A stretch of DNA of 64,000 bases from an uncultured Planctomycetota bacterium (GTDB lineage Bacteria; Planctomycetota; Planctomycetia; Isosphaerales; Isosphaeraceae), in assembly GCA_963845755.1 (NCBI GenBank), contig CAWJTV010000013.1, positions 224,001 through 288,000 on the forward strand. Direction: 5' to 3'. The notes beneath the pieces were generated by a model, which saw nothing but the letters and a program-made list of their open reading frames with translations, was not told the DNA's origin and searched no databases. The position numbers and the translations under genes are program-made. Position 1 is the first letter of the stretch. Each line of letters begins with the position of its first letter. Positions 56,135-64,000 of this stretch are shown here, one piece after another.

Positions 56135-57076
56135 ATGCCTCGGGATTCGCGAGCGGGGCGACGCCGAGTCAATCCGTTGGCGAGTGCCGCGATCCTCGGC
56201 TACCTGCGCCACGTGCCGTGGGAACGAGGCAAGTATCGCCTGGTGCGCCTATTCGGACGGTCCCTGCTGGTGGAGCTCGAGCCGGGCTTGTTCATCCGGC
56301 CCCTGGGCCTGTCCGCCGTGGAGGTGGGGATTATCCGCGCCGGGATGTTCGAGCCCGAGACGGTCCGGGCGTTCGCCGCGTTGCTCGCCCCGGGGATGAC
56401 CGTCCTCGACGTGGGTGCCAACGTCGGGCAGTTCACCCTCATCGCCGCACGCCGGGTCGGGCCGACCGGCCGGGTCCATGCGTTCGAGCCGACACCCGAA
56501 CTGGTCGCCCATGTGTTCCGCAACCTGGAGTTGAACGGACTGGACAATGTCGTGGTCAACGAGGTGGCAGTCAGCGAGACGGCAGGTCATGCGGTGCTGC
56601 ACCTGGTGGAAGCGGATGATCCCGGCGAGAACTCGATCGTCAATCCCTCGCCCGGCGCCCGGACTCTGGAGGTCCCTACCGTCAGCCTCGACGGTTACCT
56701 CGCCGAGCATGCCGTCGGGCCGGTGGATGTGATCAAGATCGATATCGAGGGCGCCGAGATGCCGGCGCTCCGCGGTGCCCGAGACCTGCTCTCCAGCGAA
56801 GATTCACCCGTGCTGGTCCTGGAGTTCCACCCAACGACGCTTCGCTACAGCGGCCACAGTCCCGACGACATGCTCGGGCTGCTCAACTCTTACGGTTACG
56901 CATTTTACCCGATCGCGGTCTACAGCCTTCACACGCATGACCCGTATCTCAACGGGATCGCCGCCAAGCCCGGCCACATCAATCGATTCCCGGCCCTGCG
57001 TCGGTGGCAGCAACGTCCGCTAGCGAGTTGGGATCCGGCCCTCCTGAAGACGCTCACCTGTCCTCCCCTCCTCTGA
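56135..57076 (+). CDS. FkbM family methyltransferase
   Basis: DVGANVG, AFEP, IKIDIEGAE. Confidence 0.9.
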   Translation: MPRDSRAGRRRVNPLASAAILGYLRHVPWERGKYRLVRLFGRSLLVELEPGLFIRPLGLSAVEVGIIRAGMFEPETVRAFAALLAPGMTVLDVGANVGQFTLIAARRVGPTGRVHAFEPTPELVAHVFRNLELNGLDNVVVNEVAVSETAGHAVLHLVEADDPGENSIVNPSPGARTLEVPTVSLDGYLAEHAVGPVDVIKIDIEGAEMPALRGARDLLSSEDSPVLVLEFHPTTLRYSGHSPDDMLGLLNSYGYAFYPIAVYSLHTHDPYLNGIAAKPGHINRFPALRRWQQRPLASWDPALLKTLTCPPLL

Positions 57077-57105
57077 GGGGAAAGATACCTGATGGGGGGC
57101 AGATC

Positions 57106-58203
57106 ATGCCGGGACCTCTGGTCAGCATCATCATCCCGACCTTCAATCGTGCCTACTGCGTAGGCAAGGCGATTGACAGCGTCCTGAACCAGACGCATCA
57201 GAATACCGAAATCATCCTGCTCGACGACGGCTCAACCGACGGTACACGCGAGGTGATTGAGGAGTGCTATGGGCCCGACCCGCGCGTGCGCTACGTCTTC
57301 CACGAAAACCGGGGGGTCACCGCGACCCGCAACCGGGGGATCACCCTGTGCCGGGGTGACTTCGTGGCCTTGCTCGACTCCGACGACACGTGGTGCCCCT
57401 GGAAACTCGAGCTCCAGCTCGCCTGCCTGCACCATCGCCCCGAACTGGGCATGGTCTGGACCGACATGAGGGCCGTCGGCCCCGCCGGAGAAGTCCTCAG
57501 CGAATCTTTCCTCCAAACGATGTACCATGCCTATCGATGGTTCTCCCGGGAAGAGCTCTTCCCCCAGTCATTCCCCCTGGCCGAACTGGCCCCGGGACTT
57601 GCGCCGATCGTGGGGGATTGCAGGCTCTACACGGGTGAGATCTTCTCCCAGATGATCATGGGGAACCTGGTGCACACCTCGACCGTGCTGCTTCGCCGGG
57701 AGCGCCTGGCGAAGGTCCGCGGGTTCAACGAGGAGCTCCGGCTTTCGGGAGAGGACTACGATTTCCACCTGCGGACGTGCTGGGAGGGTGCCGTCGGGTT
57801 CATCGACCGGGCGACCATCGACTATCAAACGGGATTACCGGATCGGCTGACACACAAGTCGTACAGGGTCCAAGCGGCGACCAACTGTTTGAAGACCATC
57901 CTCCCCTGGATCGAGCAGGAGCGGTCGCAAGTCAAATTGTCGGACGAGATGCTTCGACTCCGGTTGGCGGAGGTCCAGGCTTGGGTGGGCGACGCGCTTC
58001 TGGAAGCGGGCCAATCCTCGCAGGCGCGGGCGCACCTGTGTCGATCGCTCATGCATCAGACATGGCAACCCAGGACCCTCAAACTCTTGTCGCTGGCCTT
58101 GATGCCTGACGCCGTCCGTCAGCATCTGAGGCGCCTCGTCCGGGCGCTGAAGCCCAAGATCAGAGCCAAAGTGGGGACCGTTGAGGCCACCGAGGCGTCC
58201 TGA
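57106..58203 (+). CDS. Glycosyltransferase family 2
   Basis: VSIIIPTFNR, DDGSTD, LDSDD, EDYDF. Confidence 0.92.
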   Translation: MPGPLVSIIIPTFNRAYCVGKAIDSVLNQTHQNTEIILLDDGSTDGTREVIEECYGPDPRVRYVFHENRGVTATRNRGITLCRGDFVALLDSDDTWCPWKLELQLACLHHRPELGMVWTDMRAVGPAGEVLSESFLQTMYHAYRWFSREELFPQSFPLAELAPGLAPIVGDCRLYTGEIFSQMIMGNLVHTSTVLLRRERLAKVRGFNEELRLSGEDYDFHLRTCWEGAVGFIDRATIDYQTGLPDRLTHKSYRVQAATNCLKTILPWIEQERSQVKLSDEMLRLRLAEVQAWVGDALLEAGQSSQARAHLCRSLMHQTWQPRTLKLLSLALMPDAVRQHLRRLVRALKPKIRAKVGTVEATEAS

Positions 58204-58237
58204 GTCGTTCGATACCCGATGACGGGTATGAATCATC

Positions 58238-59593
58238 GTGGAGACAATCGAACTGATGATGAGTCCTACACTCTCACGAACCACGGACGATGCCGTGTCC
58301 GGTCGTGAGGCGCATCTGGTCCGTGATGCGGAACACTTGGACGCACTCGAGGGGGAGTGGAAAGCACTCTTCGAGGTCTCTCCCACGGCATCCCCGCCCT
58401 TGCGCTGGGAATGGGTTCGGGAATGGTGGCGGATCTATGGGCCTGTCTACGGCGACGGCGGCCGGGGCCTGCGGATCATCACCGTCCGCCGCGGGCCCGA
58501 CCTCATCGGAATCCTGCCTCTGTACCAGCGGTCCTCGGCCGGTCCATGGGCGGCCCGCCAGTTGAGATTCATCTCCACGGGCGCAGCCGAATTCGAGGAG
58601 ACCTCTACCGAGTACCTGGACTTGCTCCACCTGCCGAACTCGGCTGGAGAGTGTGTCGAAGCCATCTGTCAGACTCTGCTTGACTGTCATGAAATGCGCT
58701 GGGATCAGCTCGACCTCACCGATATGTCAACTCACTCCCCATTGCTAACTCTGAGCGAATCCCTCCGGGGTCGGGGTATCTGGCCCAAGGTGACGAGTCG
58801 CGAGACATGTTATGTCTCGGACCTGACAGGAGGGTTCGAGTCCTACTTGAAACGCCTATCTCAGGGAGCCCGGGGCGAGGCGCGGAGGCTGCTGAGAGAA
58901 GTGAAACGGACTGGGATGGTTCTCGAATTCGCCACGAATGCCGAACAGGTCAACCAATTCTTCGACCAGATGGTCGAACTCCATCGGAAGCGCTGGGCGT
59001 CTATCGGAAAAGCGGGCAGTTTTTCACCACATCATGCCGCCTTTCACCGCTCGGTGGCCCGGACGTTGGTCCCCGCCGGTAAGGCCGTGCTCGCCCGACT
59101 CTCCCATGAAGGAAAGCCTCATGCTGTGACCTATGGTCAACTTGTAGGTAAAGTCTATCACTGTTACCAGCGCGGCGTGTGTATCGGTACCCATCCCGTA
59201 CGGAGCCCGGGCACGGCGACCCTTCTTCTGCTCATGGCCGAACTCGCCGAGCGAGGGATCGTTTGCTATGACCATCTCCCGGGCGTCAATGCGTTCAAGC
59301 AACGTTTCGCAACCGGCGAACGTCCCTTGGCCGAGTTACGGATCGTCAAGCCGACATTGCGTTATTTGACGACGAGGACCGGAAACGTGGCGATACGGGC
59401 CACCGCTAAGGCGGCGCGACTCATCAAGAGATCACTGGCCGGACGACCGGAGGGACAGCGGTTCGGCTCCCAGCAGAACCGGGCGATCCGAAGGTCCGCG
59501 ATTTCGGTCGGCGATTTACCCGGGGACTCGAACGACGGTGGCAAATCACCTCGAGAGATCCAGGTGAGGCCCCCTGATGAGGAGGTGTTGTGA
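58238..59593 (+). CDS. GNAT family acyltransferase (CelD/BcsL-like)
   Basis: EW..L, WEWVREWW, EYLDLL, LHRKRW, SPG, FKQRF. Confidence 0.8.
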   Translation: METIELMMSPTLSRTTDDAVSGREAHLVRDAEHLDALEGEWKALFEVSPTASPPLRWEWVREWWRIYGPVYGDGGRGLRIITVRRGPDLIGILPLYQRSSAGPWAARQLRFISTGAAEFEETSTEYLDLLHLPNSAGECVEAICQTLLDCHEMRWDQLDLTDMSTHSPLLTLSESLRGRGIWPKVTSRETCYVSDLTGGFESYLKRLSQGARGEARRLLREVKRTGMVLEFATNAEQVNQFFDQMVELHRKRWASIGKAGSFSPHHAAFHRSVARTLVPAGKAVLARLSHEGKPHAVTYGQLVGKVYHCYQRGVCIGTHPVRSPGTATLLLLMAELAERGIVCYDHLPGVNAFKQRFATGERPLAELRIVKPTLRYLTTRTGNVAIRATAKAARLIKRSLAGRPEGQRFGSQQNRAIRRSAISVGDLPGDSNDGGKSPREIQVRPPDEEVL

Positions 59594-60495
59594 GTACGGC
59601 GACTGACATCTGTGACAAGGCGACGACGATCTCGGAACTCGCTGCGACGGCCCGCGACCGCTCGCCGGCCTCGTTGTCCCTGACCGTCCTCGAGCGGAAA
59701 CCAGGCTGGCGGGTCGTCAACCTGGGCGAATTGTGGCGCTCTCGGGAGTTGCTTTACTTCTTGACCTTGCGCGACATCAAGGTCCGGTACAAGCAGACGG
59801 TCCTGGGAGCAACCTGGGCCATCCTTCAGCCGTTGGCGACGATGCTGGTATTCAGCCTGTTCTTCGGCCGGGTCGCCGGCAATCCCTCGAGCAAGATCCC
59901 TTATGCGTTGTTCGTACTTTCTGGGCTCGTCCCGTGGATGTTCTTCTCCACCGCCATCGCCTCGGCCGCTCAGAGCATGGTGGTCAGTCAGAACCTGGTC
60001 ACCAAGATCTACTTCCCTCGGTTGATCATCCCGATGGGAGCCGTCGCGGCTTGCCTCGTCAACCTTGCGATCTCCTTCGTCATGCTTCTATCCATGATGG
60101 CCTGGTATGGAGTGACGCCGAACTGGTCGTTCGCCCTGTTCCCGCTGCTGACACTGATCCTCTTGATCACAGCGCTGGGGGTGGGGACCCTCCTCTCGGC
60201 CTTGACCGTCTCGTATCGCGATTTCCGACATATCGTGCCCTTCTTGGTTCAATTCTGGATGTTTGCAACGCCGTCCGTTTATCTTCAGCAGGAAGCCGCT
60301 CTGGATCCTGGAAAACGACTTTTGCTCCTACTCAACCCCGCCCATGGGCTGATCGCCAACCTCCGTGCGACGCTCATGGGCTTGCCACTTGATTACCTCT
60401 CGCTGGCCATCTCCACGATCGCCGGGCTCGGTCTGTTGTTCGCGGGATGCGTTTGGTTCCGCCAGATGGAAGGAACGTTCGCTGACATCATCTGA
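59590..60495 (+). CDS. wzm: Polysaccharide ABC transporter permease
   Basis: RDIKVRYKQTVLG.W..LQPL, KIYFPR, YRD, FADII. Confidence 0.92.
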   Translation: MSTATDICDKATTISELAATARDRSPASLSLTVLERKPGWRVVNLGELWRSRELLYFLTLRDIKVRYKQTVLGATWAILQPLATMLVFSLFFGRVAGNPSSKIPYALFVLSGLVPWMFFSTAIASAAQSMVVSQNLVTKIYFPRLIIPMGAVAACLVNLAISFVMLLSMMAWYGVTPNWSFALFPLLTLILLITALGVGTLLSALTVSYRDFRHIVPFLVQFWMFATPSVYLQQEAALDPGKRLLLLLNPAHGLIANLRATLMGLPLDYLSLAISTIAGLGLLFAGCVWFRQMEGTFADII

Positions 60496-60565
60496 CAAGA
60501 TCAGATGTTTCTCGCAGCAGGTGGACCGGGGTTTCATTGCAACGTGTGAAGGCAGAGTAAAAACC

Positions 60566-61879
60566 ATGCAATCTGCTATTACGGTTGATCGCCTTTCCAA
60601 GAGTTATCGAATCGGTGTGGATCAGCACGCAAACTATCGAACTCTACGCGAGACGATCATGGCGGCTGCCGCCTCCCCTTGGCGTCGGTTCGCTCGATTG
60701 CTCTCCACGGCCGGTCGAGACGGTAGCTCGTGTCATGAACAGAATCAGACTGACACCGACCTCTGGGCGCTCAAAGATGTCTCGTTCGAGGTCCAGCCCG
60801 GCGAGGTCGTCGGCATCATCGGCCGGAACGGGGCCGGCAAGTCTACGCTCCTGAAAATCCTCAGTCGGATTACGGAACCGACTTCGGGTCGGGCGGAGTT
60901 TCGGGGCCGAATCGGCAGCTTGCTCGAGGTGGGAACCGGTTTCCACCCCGAACTCACCGGCCGGGAGAATATTTACTTAAATGGCAGCATTCTTGGAATG
61001 TCTCATCGAGAGATCGCCAGCAAATTCGCGGAAATCGTGGAGTTCGCCGAAGTCGAGAAGTTCCTGGATACTCCCGTAAAGCGTTATTCCAGCGGGATGT
61101 ATGTGAGGCTGGCGTTCGCCGTCGCGGCCCATTTGGAACCCGAGATCCTCCTGGTCGATGAGGTCTTGGCTGTGGGAGACGTCCAGTTTCAAAGGAAATG
61201 CTTGGGCAAGATGGAGCATATCGCGCAAGGTGGGAGGACCGTTCTGTTTGTGAGCCACCAAATGAGCGCGGTGCAGAGGTTATGCAAGCAATGTCTGTGG
61301 TTCGATTCAGGGCGCCTTGAGGCATTCGGTTCGAAGAGCGAAGTCATCGCCCAATATCTCTCGAAGAGCGCACAACAAGACCGACCGAATGAGTGGATTG
61401 GTCTCACAACGACGAGGCGCGGGGCTCGCGAGGCTCGATTCGTATCCATGCGATTTCGGTGTCCCGATGCCCGAATGGCCAATCATCCGTATCCAGATAG
61501 CCCCCTCGAGATCGAACTGTTGATCGAATCCGATATCGCGCGACGTGTCAACGCCCTGGTGGTCACTTTCTCCGATCGATACGGGACAAAACTCGTGAAT
61601 GCGGACAGCGTCATCCTCGGCGACTCGATCTGGCTGGATCCGGGGACCAATCGTTTCCTCGTTCGGATCGAGGAACTTCACCTCACCCCGGATTCCTATA
61701 TCGTCGGCCTCTATTTAGGAAACAACGATTTAATATATGACGGTATCTCAAACGCGGCGGAAATCGAGGTTGTCGACCCGCCAGTTGAGTCGTTCGGGAA
61801 GCGCCCGATGAGGGACGGCAGAGTGACTTGCCGTTTCTCGGTTACGAAGAGGGACGCCGAAATCAATGAGGAGTCTTGA
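60566..61879 (+). CDS. wzt: Polysaccharide ABC transporter ATPase with C-terminal carbohydrate-binding domain
   Basis: GRNGAGKST, YSSGMYVRLAF, VDEVLAVGD, VSH; C-terminal beta domain. Confidence 0.92.
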   Translation: MQSAITVDRLSKSYRIGVDQHANYRTLRETIMAAAASPWRRFARLLSTAGRDGSSCHEQNQTDTDLWALKDVSFEVQPGEVVGIIGRNGAGKSTLLKILSRITEPTSGRAEFRGRIGSLLEVGTGFHPELTGRENIYLNGSILGMSHREIASKFAEIVEFAEVEKFLDTPVKRYSSGMYVRLAFAVAAHLEPEILLVDEVLAVGDVQFQRKCLGKMEHIAQGGRTVLFVSHQMSAVQRLCKQCLWFDSGRLEAFGSKSEVIAQYLSKSAQQDRPNEWIGLTTTRRGAREARFVSMRFRCPDARMANHPYPDSPLEIELLIESDIARRVNALVVTFSDRYGTKLVNADSVILGDSIWLDPGTNRFLVRIEELHLTPDSYIVGLYLGNNDLIYDGISNAAEIEVVDPPVESFGKRPMRDGRVTCRFSVTKRDAEINEES

Positions 61880-61938
61880 ATCGGGGGGTCTCTCGTCGAT
61901 GATGTTTCGAGCCCCGGGATTTTTACAAAGTAACTCTT

Positions 61939-62847
61939 ATGTCATCGATAATTAATGCAAACGATTGCGATGAGCCTGCAGTAACTTGGCGGCGTGGAGC
62001 CCCGGATCCTCCGCGGGGAGCATCCCGACCGCCTGCAAGGACATCGAGGTTGATCAGCGCGTTTGTACGCTCCTACCTGCGGAGTATCCCCATCGAGCGG
62101 GGTAAGTGGTGGCTGCGCCGCAAGACGGCGCCATGGCTGGTCGCTCGCCTGGATACGGGGCCATGGATTCGGATCAGCGGCCAGTGCGATTTCGAGTGGG
62201 CCGTACTCGAGGGGATCGACACGCTCGAGCATCGCACGGCTGACTTGTTCAGTCGGCTGCTCGGACCTAGGTCGGTCGTAATCGACGTGGGTGCGAACGT
62301 CGGCTACTACACGTTGACTGCCGCAGTATGCGTCGGGCCGGCGGGCCGAGTGATCGCCTTCGAGCCAGGGCCGACCACCGCGGCCCGTCTCCGCGAGAAT
62401 GCGGCGCTGAACGGGTTTTCCAACCTCACGATCGTCGAGGCGGCCGTCTCGGATCGCCCGGGATCGTCCGTCTTTCGCATGGCCTGCGACAGCGAGGCAT
62501 CCAGCTTGTACGATGGCGGATCCGATGCCAGCAGTTGCGTAGAAGTGCAGGTAACCACACTCGATGGCTATGTCTTCCAGTCGGGGCTGGACCGCGTAGA
62601 CTTGATCAAGATCGATGCGGAGGGCGCGGAGGTGGCCGTGCTCCGCGGGGCTCGACAACTCCTTTCAAGATTCGACGTCCCACAGATCATCATCGAAGCG
62701 AACCCGATAACATTGCGAGCCGCCGGCGAGTCCATCGATTCATTACGCGCGGAGATCGAGAGTTCCGGCTACGTCATCGAGGTCATCGAGGAAATGCCCT
62801 GGAGGGGAGAGATTACGCAGAACTGGCTGGCGACCAGGTCCACTTGA
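61939..62847 (+). CDS. FkbM family methyltransferase
   Basis: DVGANVGYY, AFEP, IKIDAEGAE. Confidence 0.9.
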   Translation: MSSIINANDCDEPAVTWRRGAPDPPRGASRPPARTSRLISAFVRSYLRSIPIERGKWWLRRKTAPWLVARLDTGPWIRISGQCDFEWAVLEGIDTLEHRTADLFSRLLGPRSVVIDVGANVGYYTLTAAVCVGPAGRVIAFEPGPTTAARLRENAALNGFSNLTIVEAAVSDRPGSSVFRMACDSEASSLYDGGSDASSCVEVQVTTLDGYVFQSGLDRVDLIKIDAEGAEVAVLRGARQLLSRFDVPQIIIEANPITLRAAGESIDSLRAEIESSGYVIEVIEEMPWRGEITQNWLATRST

Positions 62848-63123
62848 GTAGCGGGGACATGCTCCCGGATCGGGCATCGATTTCCCCGGGCGGCGCGGCA
62901 ATGGGACACCGGTGAGAGCCAGGGTGGGCATTCCCACGACGCTGGCGTCGTCTCCCGTGCGACCGGGCGCTTCGAGTACGACTATCGACGTCGGCGTAGG
63001 GGCGTGCTGGAATCTTCGGGCTGAGTGGAAGAGAGTTGTATCCGGAGGGCCGTCGCGCAGGCCATCGCCTCATTCCAGGCTATCGTTGTGTCTCCTTTAT
63101 GGTAGTGACAGATTTCTATCGGC

Positions 63124-63958
63124 GTGGACCATGAGCGGAAAATTCTCTCACGTCCAAACTGGCAGAAGCGGAGGTGTGTCCTGAACAGCCCGGTCCGCAC
63201 CCCCTTCAAAACCTCTGCCACCCCGATCCTGCAACGGTTCCTCGACAAGGTCGCGCGGGGGAAACACATCCTGCGCCGTACGCGGGAAGGACGTCTATTT
63301 CCGCCCGACGACCTCGCGGTGCCTCATGAAGCTAGGCGTTGGCGACGGTGAATGGACGATTCGCCCGGACAAGGTGACCCGAGGCGGCTTGGTCTATTCG
63401 TTCGGGATCGGCTGCGACATCTCGTTCGACCTGGACATGATCAATCGCTTCGGCTGCGAGGTGCACGCGTTTGACCCCACACCGATCTCGTTGGAGTGGT
63501 TGAGCAAGCAGTCGTTGCCGGCCGGCTTCCATAGCCACCAGTTCGGGATCAGCTCCCATGACGGGGTCGCCAACTTCGGGCTTCCGGTCGAGAACGGGGT
63601 CTCGTTCACGATGGCGCTCGACACGCCCATCCGTCAGACCTGCACCGGCGAGGTCCTCCGCCTGGCGACGATCCTCGAGCGGTTAGGGCATGACCGGATC
63701 GACGTCCTGAAGCTCGACGTCGAGGGGGTCGAGTACGAGATCATCGACGATCTGGTGGAAGTATTTCCCAGGATCGGTCAGCTCCTCATCGAGTTCCATC
63801 ACCGGCTCATCCCGGGCCGTGAGGGGGTGGATCGCTCGAGAAAGGCGATCAAGGCGCTCCTGAAGGTCGGGTACTCCCTGTTTTACGTGTCCAGGCGAAG
63901 CTACGAGTACAGCTTCCTGGGAAGCGAGCCCGCCGGGGCAGCCTGGCGCATCCGGTAG
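63124..63958 (+). CDS. FkbM-like methyltransferase; probable frameshift near 63325, start uncertain
   Basis: VYSFGIG.DISFD, AFDPTP, LKLDVEGVE, QLLIEFHH. Confidence 0.8.
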
Positions 63959-64000
63959 CACGTTGGGCTTAACCGCTTCGTGGTTGGCCAAAGACTGCAA

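Overview
GC-rich bacterial DNA, most likely a planctomycete (Isosphaeraceae-like), judged from the DUF1501/PPC/DUF1549-1553/WD40 cluster, ECF sigma + Ser/Thr kinase pair, DUF4058, Uma2 and LExRxLL proteins. Many genes carry 1-bp indels, probably uncorrected long-read errors, so frameshifted genes are reported as single CDSs. Layout: (1-9 kb) catabolic operon: class III aminotransferase, HglS/DUF1338-like dioxygenase, acyl-CoA carboxyltransferase, split AtuA-like pair, enoyl-CoA hydratase, acyl-CoA ligase. (10.4-12.4 kb) 2-kb large-serine-recombinase element inserted exactly into a REP-like palindrome, with its attachment site inside the recombinase 3' end. (13-30 kb) kinase/ECF pair and the DUF1501 cluster. 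(31-43 kb) defence island: an Avs-like nuclease-STAND-HEAT gene split by a 7.1-kb RIT (triple tyrosine recombinase) element whose cargo is a Cas4-like/DEDD-exonuclease/IS66-transposase fusion. (43-50.5 kb) IS graveyard, including an ISAs1 with a stem-loop + T5C5 slippage signal. (51-64 kb) surface-polysaccharide locus whose promoter and wzc 5' end are tandemly repeated. No rRNA, tRNA or CRISPR array was found. All family assignments are from motif recognition, not database searches.
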